64,000 nucleotides of DNA from Amoebidium appalachense (lineage: Eukaryota > Protista > Ichthyosporea): positions 10,565,172 to 10,629,171 of the forward strand of contig CAVNZM010000008.1 in NCBI GenBank assembly GCA_963693365.1, written 5' to 3'. Shown one piece after another: positions 1-21,652 of this stretch. A program made the translations under genes and the position numbers. The notes under the pieces were generated by a model that was given only the letters and a program-made list of their open reading frames with translations, ran no database searches and was not told where the DNA came from. Position 1 is the first letter of the stretch. Every line of letters begins with the position of its first letter.

Positions 1-376
1 ACACACACACACATGGACAGTGCGCACAGCGCACACATACCAACAGACACCAAAGCACATGCGAGCACCAAAAAACACCAAGAAACACGCGCCCGAAAGC
101 ACGCAGGCACGCACACACGCACACACAAACAACAATTATCATGCACACCCCCCCCCACCATCATCGAGGGAAAAAGAAAGTAAAAACGATAAATAAAAAA
201 AAGGGAAAAACACAACGGTGTTGCCAGCTAGTTTGTAATGAAGGGGGAGAAAAGGAAAGAAAAAAGAAAAAACGAAGTGAAAAAAAAAACGGGAAAAGAT
301 ATCCGTGTATGCCGGCTGGTTTGACAGGATGGGAAAAACGAAAAGAAAAAAAGAAAAAATGACACGAAAAAAAAAA

Positions 377-412
<36 letters not shown>

Positions 413-418
413 ACACAC

Positions 419-1408
<990 letters not shown>

Positions 1409-1738
1409 CTGAAATTACAGGGGGATATATATGGTGTGTTAGTTACAGTTTTGCATGTGCTGCATGCATTAAGATATCTGGAATTTCGCGGCAATGTTTG
1501 ATACGTTATGGTTATTTTCCACCATTGCTATACTGCTTCTATCAGTGTAAGTAAGGGGGAAGATGTGATTTTTTGGGGTATAGCAATCAGTGAACCGGTT
1601 GCGTTGTATGCTGCACTGTATTATCAGACGTGTATTATACATACACACAAAAGGTGGTGGTGGTGGTGGTGGTGGGGGGGGGGGGGGGGGGGGGGGGGGG
1701 AGGTGTATTTTACATAGACACGGGGAGGGGAGCAGCAG

Positions 1739-1947
<209 letters not shown>

Positions 1948-2089
1948 GGGGGGGGGGGGGGGGGGGAGCATAAAAAGCACAAAATCGGGTGACACTATAT
2001 TGGTGCACTTTGCACTACTCGGTGCAAACTGGTGAGTCACACATGATAGCGCAATACACATATACACACACAAGCACTTGCGCACACGC

Positions 2090-2270
2090 AAAGTATGTAA
2101 CATAAGCAGAGCCCGTCCTCACGTGGGTTAAGTCAAGTTCAGTGCCCGAGTATGTATCGAGAAGTTCAACTTGTGCACAACCCCTAAATAAAACACGGTT
2201 TCGTTTGAACGCGGGTGGGTCACCCGTCTTGATCAGGAAGAGGCATGATTATTTGCGAGAGCAGGCAGCA
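2090..2270 (-). repeat. Divergent copy of repeat family A head plus start of a unit
   Basis: Reverse strand reads CTGATCAAGACGGGTGACCCACCCGCGTTCAAACGAAAC...ACTCGGGCACTG...TGAGGACGGGCTCTGCTTAT. Confidence 0.7.
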
Positions 2271-2353
2271 ATCGTACAAACCACATAAAAGCCACGTGTG
2301 CATGTGTGTGGTGTGTGTGCACCCGTGCTCGTGTGTGTGTGTGTGTGGGCGGA

Positions 2354-2387
<34 letters not shown>

Positions 2388-2525
2388 AACCATTAGAGGG
2401 TCCATGGTGCACGTTGAGAACCCTCCCCTCAACACACTCGGGAAATCTAACTTATCCTGTGTTGGACACAACATCAGCCAAACGTGTTTCCAAGGGAGGA
2501 GTGCGTACGACAAGTGGTCGTCACA

Positions 2526-2579
<54 letters not shown>

Positions 2580-5255
2580 CGCACACACCGCACACACACA
2601 TACACACACACACACAGAGCGTTCAGCCCAAGCCAGAAACCAAGGACGCATAGCAAAAGGACAGAGGTGAGACGGTTAAAGCCCAAAAGTGACTAATAAA
2701 ATCTCTAGCCACACCCAGCTTACACTACCCCCTCCCCCCCCCCCTCCCCCCCCCCCCTCCCCTCCCCTCTTCCCCCTTTCCCCCTCCCCACAAAACCTCT
2801 GGTAAGCCTGAAATGCCTTCCCTCCTTCCGCTTGCAACTCGGCTGTTACTCAACCCCTCCATCCCTTCCCACTCCCCCCCCAACAAAAATGGGCGACGAA
2901 GAAGAAGAGAAAACAAACCTTGTCCAACCGAACTGCCCTATCTTTTCCTGCTCCTCACAGTCAACACCGAAACCACAACCCGAACCTCTCCACCTCTCCC
3001 CCTCCCCCCCCCCCCCCCCCCCCCTCCTCCCTCCCCCTACCCTCCCCCCTCAAAACACACACACTCTCCCCCCACCTTTCCCATCTTTGTTATAATTGCC
3101 TGCTCTTCTAATAGTGGCCTCACCTGCTACGCAGCCTAACTGCTGCAACGAGATAGGAATACTTGTTGCTCACCGCCAGGGTGCACCCTTGTGTACATAT
3201 AAAATTCTGAGAAAGGCTGTGGTGATCAAATCGTTATGAATTTTCGTAACACATGAACAACATACTACACAACTAGTTAATCGGTGGCGTTCAGGTAGCT
3301 ATGCAAACAATAGGTATACCAAGTCATCATGTATACAACGTTGGGAACTTCAAAATCTTGGCGCCCTGGGATCCAGAAAGACAAAACAAACGGCTGTGCG
3401 CACAGTGCACACTGCAACGGTGACGTGTCGTGCTGATGAGACACAACGCGATATTTCAACGGAATGTCAGACAAATCTCAAATTTCATAAATTCACCGCT
3501 AGTGATCGAAATGGTTTCATAGTGCCTTGTTGTGCGAGCACAACGCTTTAAGCTCAATTTTGATATGCATATATATTTATTTGTGCAAAAACTTTGTGAT
3601 ATCCAATATCGATAATGGGTTGTGAGTGCCATCGTTCTGTAATGGACGGTGTGGTAAAAGAAAGTCTACAAATATATTAACCGTTTGTCCGGAAATTAAC
3701 GAACGTGTACAGAACGTAAAAATTATGCAAGAGGGGGTCTTACACACAGTTCGTTTTGTTTTGTGACTATAGAACTAATGTGCACCAATCAAATATGAAT
3801 TAGTATTTTGGAATACAAAGTAAATGATTATTATCCAATAGCATTATCTCTATGAACTGTGCACTGTGCCCGCTGGCAGACGGCAGCTTGCAGTCACCTG
3901 TAAGACTATACGAGGGTGGGATTTTGTTAATAGCTTCCTAATTATCTAACAGCAGAATTATTCTTGGACAATGAATATACATTATGAATGGCCGAGCCTG
4001 AAGTATATGTGGCTGCAACGGAAACAACAAAGAATGCGCAGAGTAAGGGTAGCCAATCGAAGGTTAGATTGTAGAGGAAGAACCACCGCCACTATAGCCA
4101 ATGAAACGGAATTTGTTCCCTTTTTTGGAATTACTATGAATGTATACGATTGGAAAATATGTTTGAATATTCCCCGCATACCCTAAATAACTCATGAAAT
4201 TTTTTTGCGATAATAATTCCTACTGTTCGTCTCTAAGGTCTCTTCATAAGCATATTCATCAGCATATGCAGACGTAGGCACTGAATAACAACTCGGAAAA
4301 ATAAAAATAAAATAAATGAACCATATATGTTATATTACGTCTTTTAAGACGTATTAGTAGTACCAGCAGCCACACGTCGCTTGCGTTTTTGTTTGTTCTG
4401 AATTGTTGAATTACACATATATCCAATGATATCCAAACAAATTGGTTTACAAACTGGCTCCGCTCGGATTTTGTAGATTTGCCTACTCTACAGTACGGCA
4501 AAGCCTAAAGGCTACTTTCCTGAGCCCTTTTTCGATGGAGCCCCTAACAAATGGCTAAAAAAAACAAACATATAAGTACACAACATATCTTCTATCTTTT
4601 TCATTTCAAAGTATATTAGTACATGCGGTCGACGCCATATACATGGAAATGATATCTCAAGGCCCGCCAATCAAATTGAGTATATCACGCACCGAACTTT
4701 CCCTAATGGTTTCTCTTTCCCTCTAGGCTCAGCCTCTCAGCCTCGAGTTCTTCTCGAGTTGTTATGTTTCTGACGTTTCCCATGTTTCACGAGATTCAAG
4801 GTGAGGCATTCGAAGCATAGACACTATAGTAGGGGCCAAATACCTGCATATGATGTGTTAATACCATAGGAGTATATAGCTTGAGCGAACTGTTACAGAG
4901 CCTCCGAATTTAATCCGCGTTCGTCCGTTCTCCGGCTGGGCTCCGTTACACACGTAGGTGTTTGCATTTGAGTTATTTCCTCAATGTTTGAACCAATCAA
5001 GTACTGTGGAGTTCTGGAGATGAGGCTTTAGATTCTATCGACGTGATGTGCGCGTCCAAAACCCATGAGCACACCCTGTACATCTTGACTACATCGCACA
5101 GTGGCTGCCACACATTTTACGTGGTTCGCAATGCTTCCGTTTTCTAGTTAGCCCTGCACCTTTCTTTTCAATTGCCAAACCCCTCTTCAATACAGCTTAA
5201 TGTTCACTAGGCTTTCTGCTCTTGAGCCTTTCGTGATGCATATACTTCATGAAAC

Positions 5256-6194
5256 ATGGAGCTCGCACTAGGCGTCACGGTTTGCCTGCCAGAAAAAGGT
5301 TTCCCTCACGAAGCACAGAAACCTCCCCCACATCCGAGCTTCGCAAACGAAGACTCAGCACGAATATGTGCACTGGATACAACGTCGTCATCCCAGCCCA
5401 CAGATGAGGATTGCTCATGTGAGCACGAACACGAGACATTGTCAGATGGAACAGGGGAAAATGACGAATTCGAGTTGATAGACTACAGGGACTGCTCGCC
5501 CGCACATGAAGCAACGAAACGACAACTCAATTCACAAAGTGGGCAGGTTTTGGACACGGTTTCACTGAAAAATGGTACGTTTGATGAAGTGGCGGAAACC
5601 ATCGAGCAAAAACACACAAATAGGCAATTTCCGGAAACAGAGTTACAGGGACCACAGGACATTCCCACAACTGAAACGGGCCAACCAAGACCACCACCCG
5701 TCCCCCGCCCGGCCTCTATTTCCATCTTCGTAAGTCCGGCTGTCGATTCTGACTCTCCTGCTAAAACATCACCACCACATGTACGAAGGCAGAGCTCCCC
5801 CGCCACCTGCAAGAAGATTGTGGACATAGTGAGCCCGAAACTTTCCAGGAAAGGGAAAGAACCAGCGGAGGCATCTCACTCTAAAGCCCCCGTTAAGCGT
5901 TATGGTTCAGGTTTGTTTGAGGGAGAAGTGCACGAAGAAGATATTAATCATAGCAGTGCTAATTTGCATTTGGGGGGCTCCCCAAGGCTCCATCGTTTGA
6001 GTAAGGCAATGCGAAACATCTCGTTTCAAAGTTTGGCCACGTTTGCTTCGCCAGCTGCAAAGCAGCGTCATAATGAATTGCCTTCACATGCCGGAGGGAA
6101 GAGGTTAAGTGTGCAGTTGGACGTGCAGAATGTTTCACACGTGTTGTCGACGAAGTCAACATTGTCGGCGAAACATGAGGTGTGTGTATTTTTT

Positions 6195-6263
<69 letters not shown>

Positions 6264-6801
6264 GCGCGCGTGTGCGTGTGCGTGTGCGTGTGTATGTGTT
6301 GTGTGTGTGTGTCTGTGTCTGTGTGGGTGTGTGTGCGTGCGCGCGCGCATGTTTGTGTGTGTGTGTGTGTTATACAGCCAAGCGCTTGAGTATGTGCTGG
6401 TGCCTGCCTGCATGCTGTGCGTGCTTGTGGTGTGTCTGTCTGTCTGTCTGTTTCTCTCTCATTATTCTGTCCCCCCCTTCTTCTCTTTCTCTCTCTCTCT
6501 CTTCGCCCCCCTCCCTCCCTCCCCTCTCTCTTCTCATTCTCTCTTCTCTCTCTCCCTCCCGCCCTCCCTCCCGCCCTCCCTCCCTCCCTCCCTCCCTCCC
6601 TCCCTCTCTCTCCCTCCCTCCCTCTCTCTCTGTTCCCTCCCTCCCTCTCTCTCCCTCCCTCCCTCCCTCCCTCCCTCCCTCCCTCCCTCCCTCCCTCTCT
6701 CTCTCCCTCCCTCCCTCTCTCTCTGTTCCCTCCCTCCCTCTCTCTCCCTCCCTCCTTCTCTCTCCCTCCCTCCCTCTCTCTCTGTCCCCCCTCCCCCCCC
6801 C

Positions 6802-6832
<31 letters not shown>

Positions 6833-6935
6833 GCTCGCTCGCTCTCCCTCTCTCTCGTTCTCCCTCTCACTCTCTCTCTCTCTGTGTGTGTGTCTGTGTG
6901 TGAGTGCGTGTGTGTGTGTGCGTGCGCACATGTGT

Positions 6936-6990
<55 letters not shown>

Positions 6991-7066
6991 TGTGTGTGCG
7001 TGTGTGTTTGTGTGTGTTCTATCTGCAAGGCACATGCAAAGCGAAGCACCAACGAAACGAAACGAA

Positions 7067-7107
<41 letters not shown>

Positions 7108-8106
7108 TTCCCCCCCCCCTCCTCTCCCCCCTTTTCCACCCTCTCCCCTTCCCCCTCCATCTCCCTTCCCCCCTCCCCCCTCCCCTCCGCCTGGCTCCCT
7201 GGACCTTACCCGGCAGAGGAAGCACCCGTCTTCCCAATATGTTGCTCTTTGTTCTTCCCTCCCTTTTTTCCTCCCAGCTCTCTCTCCTGAATTCCTTTTT
7301 CAACTACACACCTTCGTGTCACTGTCACATGACTAGCTTAACACCTTCGCATGTGTTCCACGGTTTCATGTTTCTCCGACATAATACATGCATTGTAGCC
7401 TGTGTTTGTACATGTCACACCGCTTACACTCATTCTTACACACGCACACACCCACTCACCCCCCCCCCCCCCCCTTTTTTTTTTCTTTTTCTTTTTGAAT
7501 AATACACACCCACACAGACAACATTAATGAATCATTTCACACACATGCACCTTATGTAATCATTTCACACACATGCACCTAATTCAAATTATTTCACAAG
7601 CTCACATCTCAATTAGAATACCTTCACCACATGCATAATTCATCAAAGACCATCAAAAAAACAGGCACAACTTGAGCGGATATGGGAGGAGAGTCGTGTG
7701 CAAGGGTGTGGGCTGACCAACCGTGTGAGAGCCATCGAGGCAGACATCAGCTCTGGCTTGGAGCCTTTGTGCAGTCACAGAGATTGCTGCCAACGACAGC
7801 TCAACTCGGCAACAAGAAAACTGGAACGGGCTTACATGATGGTGGATCGGTTAGTACACACGCAAAACATACCCCCCTCCCCCCCCCCCCCCCCCCCCTC
7901 CCTCCCCCCCCCCCCCCCTTCCCTAACACATACAGGAGCGCACGCGCGCGCACACACACACGCACACACCCACACACACACACACACATACACACACACA
8001 CACACATAGGCGCGTGCACACGTGCACACACACACACACACGCACGCACGCACAAAGACACAGACATACACAAATACACAGGCGTGGACACAGACACACA
8101 CACACG

Positions 8107-8139
<33 letters not shown>

Positions 8140-8276
8140 TCACTCACTCACAAATGCGCGCCCGCACACACACACACACAGGCTCGCACACGCACACACA
8201 GGCTCGCACACGCACACACGCGCACACATACACACACGTACACATACATATGCACACACACACATACACACACACA

Positions 8277-8325
<49 letters not shown>

Positions 8326-8891
8326 GCTTTTCGAAAAAAGGAACCCAGGGGTATATCGTATAAATGTGTGTGCACGTGTGTATGTGTGTACACACGTGTA
8401 AGCGCTTGTGGTATGCTCGTATTCACGTTTGTGTGCCTTCGGTCATGCTTGCACGTGTGTGCACATCTGTTTTTGCACGTGTGTGTATATGCACCATGCA
8501 TGTGTGCATGGGTGGGCGTGGGTTATGCCAATGTGCGTGTGTATGTATGCATGCATTCGCGCCCCCGTGTGTAAGAGTTCCCACATGTTTATGTACGTGC
8601 ACCCTGCATGCACACCGTATTTCATGGCGATTTCACGAGGGAGGCAACATTTCTGAAGAGACAAGACACACCAATCCCACGCACATATATTTTCACCCCC
8701 CACCGGTCCCACCGCTGCATGTCTGCGATTCTTTTTTCATTCTTGTGTATATGCTTACATCCCCCCCCCGCCCCCCTCCCCCCTCCCCCTCCCCCCTCCC
8801 CACTCGGATACCTGCCCCCCTTCCCACACACGTGCACATGCGCCGATCACTTTCCACACACGCCGCCATGCACGATCATGCACCGATACCT

Positions 8892-8959
<68 letters not shown>

Positions 8960-9023
8960 ACACAAAAACGCACACACATCCCCCCCCCCCCCCCCCCTCC
9001 CCGCCCAACCCCTCCCCCCCCCC

Positions 9024-9086
<63 letters not shown>

Positions 9087-9764
9087 ACACACGTACACAG
9101 CTATGTAGAGGCGATGTACCACTACATCTGCAAAATGCACACGGGGGTGTGGATTGGCTGCCAGGAAGACATGGCATCGGCAGACACAAACACTGGAATG
9201 TGGCAGGCAGAGAGATTGGCCATTCATACACTTTTGGCCCAGAGGAGGGCAAGATGTTTGGAAGAGGCTCACACGGATGCTAAGAATGCGTACAAGGTGT
9301 GTGTGTGTAAGGGGGGCGGGGAACGGGGGGATGTGCGTGTGTGTGTGTTTGTGTGTGTGTGTGCGTACGCGCGCATGCGTGCGCATGTTGGCGTGCGTGT
9401 GCACGTGCCACGTGCGCACAAGTGCGTGTGCGCATGCACATGTATGTACCCGGTTGCGCGTGCTGATGTGTGTTGTGCGTGCGTGCGTGTGTGCATGTGT
9501 TCCTGTGCCTGCGTGTGTGTGCGGAATGACACATATGTCCATATGGGTGATATTGTTTTTCCAAGTAGCCAGACTTAGGAATGTGCTTGTGTTCATGCAT
9601 ATTAGAACGTTGCATTTGTAGCAGTGGGCATGGTGTTCTTTTCTGCTGTTTAAAAAGGTCGATGTGGTGGCAGTGGTTATGTTGACTTAGTGTGCAATTG
9701 CTGCACGCTCTTGTGTATGCCTTGCATGGCTGTTTGTGGGAAGGAGGAAGAAGATGGTGGTGGT

Positions 9765-9798
<34 letters not shown>

Positions 9799-9823
9799 GG
9801 AGCATGAGGATGTTTTTTTTTTT

Positions 9824-9862
<39 letters not shown>

Positions 9863-10073
9863 TGAACGCAGGGAGGTACTTGCAAAATTTAAAAACCTGT
9901 GTAGAAGGGCATGCCTATGGGCCTTCGTGCCTAATTATGGGTGTGTGTGTGTGTGTGGGTGCGTGTGTGCGTGCGTGCGCGCGCACGCCACGTGCGTGTG
10001 CGTGTGCGTGTGCTTGTGCGTGTGCGTGTGCGTGTGCGTGTGTGTGCGTGCGTGTGTGTGCACGCGTACCCAC

Positions 10074-10169
<96 letters not shown>

Positions 10170-10635
10170 TTGTGTGGACGTCCCCGCGCGGGGGGGGGGG
10201 GGGGGGGGGGGGGTTTGCATGCACATGCACATGATCTTTGCACATTTTTAATCCATCATTTTCGCACCCATTTAGGTGCTACTCGACGTTATGGCCATGC
10301 TGCGAAGAGAACAAAAGCGCATCAACAAACAGTGCACCCGCTACAAGGAGCTTCAGGGCCCCATGATCCCCGACCAAGTGAAAATGCAAAATTCTGCGAC
10401 CCCCCTGTCTGTGGGGATGTCGAGCGCTAGTTTTGGGGGGATTGGTCGGTCGCCCTCTCGGGCTAAAACCACCACTCTGAGTAGTTTAGCCCCAGCGGCC
10501 AACCAAGTTCGTAGGTCGGGCACCCATATCAAGCCGGAGCCAATCTACGTCATGCACTACACCCCCGCCATGCCGGCCCCCTATACCGCCGTTAATTTTC
10601 ATGGCCATCCCGATCCCTTGGCAAACGGGGTCTAA
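5256..10635 (+). CDS. Uncharacterised protein of about 554 aa (disordered S/P-rich N-half, helical/coiled-coil C-half), 4 exons
   Basis: Exons 5256-6179, 7665-7849, 9101-9296, 10276-10635. All junctions are GT-AG and phase-consistent (1665 nt, ending ANGV-stop). No family recognised. Confidence 0.7.
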
Positions 10636-11259
10636 ATGATGACTCGTTCTGTCTTATTTATTTTTTGTAGTCCTCATGACCCACTTTCCTTCTTCTATTT
10701 CATTTAGGAGATAATATGCATGTTGGGTTATTTTAAATTTTATAAGGCATTTTATTCCCTGCATGAATGTTTGCTTTCAGGCGTTTAACGTAACTTAAGG
10801 GAAAATCATGGTGGCTGTCTTTTTAGATAAGCCCGGAAAACGCATTTTTAGTTTGGTGTCTTGTCACACACCTGGATTTATCAACTTACTTCTGTATGAG
10901 TACATGTGAATATTATCATGTAAAATGGTACGTTTCAGTCACATAGGAGGTGAATAAGTGGAACCGATACCCGGGCCCACATACTAGTAAACTTTGATTT
11001 TGCGGTTCGTATAATGCCAGTTACTTCGATTACTAGCCCGCGCTTACATAATGATTTGGTATGTAGTAATAGGCCCATGCATGTGTGTGCGGATAGTCCG
11101 TGAAGGTGCAGGCCACCGGATATAGTGGATCCAATTTAGAGAATTGCCACACCGTGACGCGGTCGGATTAATCATGAAAACTTCTAGATCTGAAAAGAAG
11201 TATGCCAGTATGCTAACATGTGCATGTGAATTCAGCAAAACCTTGTACAATGTTGAGCA

Positions 11260-11332
<73 letters not shown>

Positions 11333-11439
11333 AGGGCCGACGGCACCTTTGCCGCACCCACCCACCTCCCTAACCGGATCCATTGATTCACAATCATGCT
11401 TACGCACTGCGAATGAATATATTCAATTGGTTCTTCATG

Positions 11440-11481
<42 letters not shown>

Positions 11482-12013
11482 TATTAGTCATGTGATTACA
11501 CGTACGTACAATCGGTAAAAAGTCTCTCGACCACCCGGGGGCCCAGCCCAGGTATACACCTCTTCTCGCTAGTTCCCAGTGTTGTTTGAGTTTTCAATCC
11601 AACCCACCCAACACACACGTACACTGCCCCTCACCACGCACATCTAGCCCACTGTGCGCAACTTGCTGCATTCAAAATCCACGACAAGACATCCTCTGAA
11701 AGAAACCTTACCCCTTAACGCTTCAACATACACAACAGTTCGGAATAATAATTAGCCCAAATCTAAAGAAACCGGCTGATATTAGTTCAGCTATATAAAC
11801 AGCACCTCTAAAACCCACCCAAGCTCTAATGTGGCCTAAAAAGTTCAAGTGCTGTTATAACCAAAATGGGAATGGGAAGGCTAAAATCGGTACATACTGC
11901 TACAATGTCAACCTATCCAGATCATGACCAAGCCGTTCGGAGATCTCCTGGCCAAAGAAAAAAAAAAAAAAAAAGCAAATATCGATGCTCCGTTTCGAGA
12001 TATAGGCCCATGC

Positions 12014-16642
<4,629 letters not shown>

Positions 16643-17581
16643 GTTTCTCTATCAATTACTTCCTTGACACTCTGGTGACGACCTAGTAATGTAGATGAAG
16701 AGGCAGCACGTTATGTTGCAAAAAAAAAAAAGAACCAGCAATAAATGTTCGATCAGTTCATTGTTTTACCAAAGTCAACGTTCGAGGAGCTCTCGTTCGC
16801 TTTGTGACTGATGCTTCAGCCGCAGTGGGCCTTCAAATGATGATCATGAGACTCGGACGTATGACGCAAACACTGCCAACCAACGTAAGCCAAATATTAC
16901 GTAATCCGGCTAGGGGTTGAATGCTGAGAAATAAAAATGAAGAAAAAAAAAGAAAAAAAAAAAAAGAAAAAAAAAACAGGGCACAGAGGGTTGAATGCTT
17001 TAGGCGACTCAAATAAACCAAAAAAGAAAACATGGGGACCAAAAAAAAAAAAAGTGGTGGAGACCCGAAAAGGGAGAAGGCAGCGACTCATGCATAGAAT
17101 TGTTGAACCTTGGGATCATATTCTGAGAGGCTGTATCTGTGATATCTCCGGCTTGCTTCTCTTTCATGAGCATATCAATAAAGTGTCCACGCAATAAAAA
17201 GTGTGTAAACCCCTATCAATAAAGTCATTGTAAAAATAAAAATAAAAAATTTCATATCATTTCGGGCCAGCCCCGGGCCATGGTATTCCTGATGGTATTG
17301 GTGCCAAGCCATTGTGATAGGCCAAGATAGTATGCTGTGTATGTACCCTGATTCATGCTCTGGCCCTTCACACTGTACTGAACCCTGACTGCACACTGAC
17401 TGCACACAGTCTCAGCAGCTGAAAAAACATATAAAAGGGGGTGTAAAAGTTCCAAAATTTCACGCTGTACTTAGCCTACCTTTTTAGCGCAGCCGCATAT
17501 GCATTTGGCGAAATTTCATACTTCATTCGGAATACCGAGTCTCATGGGTGGGTGGTGGAAGAGGTGGTGAGGGAATTCGAA

Positions 17582-17615
<34 letters not shown>

Positions 17616-17744
17616 GGTTTTTTTTTTTTAACTTGGGGAGTTTATTAGGAGTTTTTCGGAAGGTAAAAAGGGCTTGAAGCGCGCACTACACATAGTATTA
17701 CAGTGTCACACACACACACACACACACATGCACACATGCACACT

Positions 17745-17840
<96 letters not shown>

Positions 17841-17921
17841 CGCACACACACACACACACGCAGTGCCACGCATGCACACACACAATGTCATGCGCACATA
17901 CACGCACGCACACAGTCACCG

Positions 17922-17975
<54 letters not shown>

Positions 17976-18379
17976 CCACACCCACCCACACCCACCCACA
18001 CACACAGATGATGGCACACACACACGCACACACAAACACACACCACACACAAAACGGACAGACAGATATAAACAGATCGACACACACACGCACTCGCACA
18101 AGCGCACACACAAACCTACAAGCACACACACACACAGCCCAGGCTAATCCCTCGTACACACATGCTCGAGCACACCGAGCCTCTGTGCAGTTTTGCGCAT
18201 GCAAATGGGTGCATAGCACACACTGCAACACCCGTCAGAGTCGCAGCCAAATCTACATGCCCTATCGCTTGGGACTCCCGGACCGTCTACATTATGGCAC
18301 ACGCACACACACCGGATAATAATGTTCTTTTATGCATGGCATACACACACGCACACACACACACACACACTCAACTCAC

Positions 18380-18500
18380 CAAACACCTCTCTGTTGTCAA
18401 TGGGATCATACACATAATCATCCAGCTCCCCAGCAGTCACCTCCCTCTCAGCTGCCACAGCGTACAGCTGAGGGGCAGCGTTTTCCAGCGGCTTCGTCAT
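18380..18500 (-). CDS. CIAO2B: Duplicated (alternative or pseudo) first exon of CIAO2B
   Basis: 121-nt near-identical copy of 16522-16642 with intact ATG and GTGAGT donor. Encodes MTKPLENAAPQLYAVAAEREVTAGELDDYVYDPIDNREVF (EA changed to YV). Confidence 0.7.
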
Positions 18501-18912
18501 CTTCCTTTATAAATTTATTAACTCCGATGACCCCGGCCTAGTAATGTAGGGGAGGAGGCAGCAAGAAGGGGAACAGCAATGAATTTTGTCTTATGTCCTT
18601 ATAGTTCAGTTGAATGTTCCACATTTGCACGGCCATCTAGAAACACCAGGTGGCCGTGCACATTTGCAAGAAAATATGCTCCTCAAGCAGAGGAGTGCGT
18701 AACACAGTGCCGGTACGTAAGCCAGGAATTACTGAATCCGGCTCAACTTTATGGGCTGGAGGGGGAGGGGGGTGTTTGAATATTAGTTAGAGAATATTAG
18801 CTATGTATAGGGTTGAATGTTTAAGGCGACACAAATAAAAATAGATAAAAGGGGGGGAAACTGAGGTGACTGTAGTGGCTCGGAACCTGCCGAGGAGGAA
18901 GGGAGGGGGGGG

Positions 18913-18969
<57 letters not shown>

Positions 18970-19705
18970 ACATAAGTGCATGCACGATCAATTCAATTGA
19001 ACCTGGGGTTCATATTTTCATATTTTCAGGCCAGCCTTGGGCCATGGTATTGGTGCAAGCCAATATGACAAGCTTAGTGTGTGCTGTGTATATGCCCTGA
19101 TTCATACTGTGACCTTTGTACCGAGCCACGACCATGAAATTTAACTTGCCAAGTAAATGCAAGAACATAAAAAATAGGTGCAACAGATGGCGCAGCCCAT
19201 CTGCACATGGCAAATTTTCAAACTTCATTCGGAATAGTAGTGCCGTAACCCAAAATTCAAAGCACCCCTCTAGATCTGTAACAAGATATCTATGTTTGTC
19301 TCAACTTAGTACCTCTCTCAAAAAGCTGAAATTTTGAAGGATCTAAAACTTCACCATCATTATTCGTGTATGTGCATTGAAATTCCAATTTCATGTGTAT
19401 CTCAAACTATGCACATATAGACACATAGGTATCCGTAAACATGTCTGCATTTTCAAAGAAGTCCCACACCAAACGCTATTCATTCCTTAGTTTCTCCTCA
19501 AGCCCCATCTTGTAACACGCCGCCCTATATACATCCCTCAATAACTTCATCCATCCCCCCCCCCCCTCCCCCTCCTCCTCCCTCCCACCACCACCACCCA
19601 CCCACCCACCCACCCACCCACCCACCCACCCACCCACACCCACCCACACAAAGAAAACAACATTATATTCATTCCACTCCATCCATTCCTCTCAATTTTC
19701 GCCCG

Positions 19706-20790
19706 CTACGCCATACCCACAACCACCATAAGCCTTTTCAGTTCCGCTTGAGGCACGTCCAGCAAATCCAGTTCATAATCCCTCCCATCCTCAAACGAAT
19801 GCTTCGCGTTCCGTTCTTTCACCACCTGCAAAACTTGTGCAACCTTTTCCGGCTTTGTCAGTTCACTCAACCTCTGTCGCAAAGTTTCCATTTCTGCGTC
19901 CGTAACCGAAACCGCACCGTGTTCCCCCTCCTCCGTTTTCGGCTTTTTGTCTCCTGTTTTGCTTTTGGACTCGATTTTCGGTGATTTTTCAATTTCCGGA
20001 GATCCGGCCCTTGACCCGGACTTCTTTCCCTTGCTTTTGCTCTTAGCGGATCCGTTCACCATAGCCGATTTCTTGTCCTTTTCCGTTTCTTTCTCCCGAT
20101 CATGCTCCTTTTTCCTCTCTTTCTCCTTGGATTCCTTGTCTTTTTCTTTGTCTTTCTTCTTCTCCTTCCCCTTTTTCTTGTCCTTCTTCTCCCCCTTGGA
20201 TTTCCCGTCGCTTCCCTTTTTCCGTTTGTTCGCCTTGTGCTCCGTTTCGGATTCCGATTCATTTTCGCTCGTGTTTCTCTTTCTCTTTTTCGGGGCCGGC
20301 GCCTCTTTTTCCTCCTTATCAGCCGGGTCATCATCCGACTCTCTATCGACGAACTCCTTTAACGCCTGATTAAAGATGTCTTTTGGGGGCTTGCATCCGA
20401 CCTCTTCTGTGAACCGATTACGGACCATTTTTATGGTCAGGCCGGCCGCGATGTCCTTGCGGTTCACTGCAGCACATATAGGAGAGTCAGCCTAGTTCAT
20501 CCATGTGCATGCAGCAAAGAGAACACGAGTAACCCCCGTTTCCCCCCTGCCCCCTCCCGCTAGTAGTACACTCCCATAAAGTTCTTCCTGAGTCCCTCTA
20601 GACACACGTGAACGCCTCAAACACGCACGTGCAACACACATGCCATGCACACTCACACACATGCCACACACACACACACACAAATGCAAACATCACATAA
20701 AAATGTGTGCCCACACATGCACGTTTGCGCATGTGCATGTCCACACGCACAAACAAACACACACATGCAGACGCCCCCTTGCCCCCCCCC

Positions 20791-20827
<37 letters not shown>

Positions 20828-21310
20828 CCGCGTGGAAAAGAAATGTCACCAGAGGAAGTAGATTGGAGAGAAGACGTGCAAAGTGGGTATATAGAATAAA
20901 AGAACGATCAAAAACAACAGTGCAAAGCTGAGTTCGAGCCACAGACATGCAGTTTGTGCACCCACCGTTTGCAGCGACCCAGTCTCTGCATATGCGTGCT
21001 GCCATTGACTCGTTGCTTGACATCACAGAGTCCATTTTGAGTTTCTACACAGCCCATGCATGGTTGTTAGCACCTAGCCTTGATTATAGAGCATCACAAG
21101 CCCTCCCTTCCCCCCCCCCCCCCCCCCCCCCCCCCCCCGCCTGCCCGGCCCCCATCGCGTGCGCACACACACACACCACCACCACCATGGCACACCACTC
21201 CCCAGACTTTCCACACAGACACGCACACAGAACCCCCCCCCCCCCCCCCCATGTCCCTTTCTCATGCCCCAATCTCCCTATTCAGGAGAGCACACGTAGC
21301 ATGCACGTAG

Positions 21311-21367
<57 letters not shown>

Positions 21368-21605
21368 GCGTGTGCGCGCGCGCATACACACACACACACA
21401 CACACAAACACACATACACACACCTACCTCCCCTCCCCACATACACCCACCCACCCACCCACCCACGCACAGACACACTAAACACAGACACGCGCGCGCG
21501 CGCAGACACACACAACGCACACGCACACGCACAAACACATGCACACACACTCAGGAGCCACTGCCTCAGTTCTCATAAGACACACAAAACCAATCAACTG
21601 CAAAT

Positions 21606-21652
<47 letters not shown>

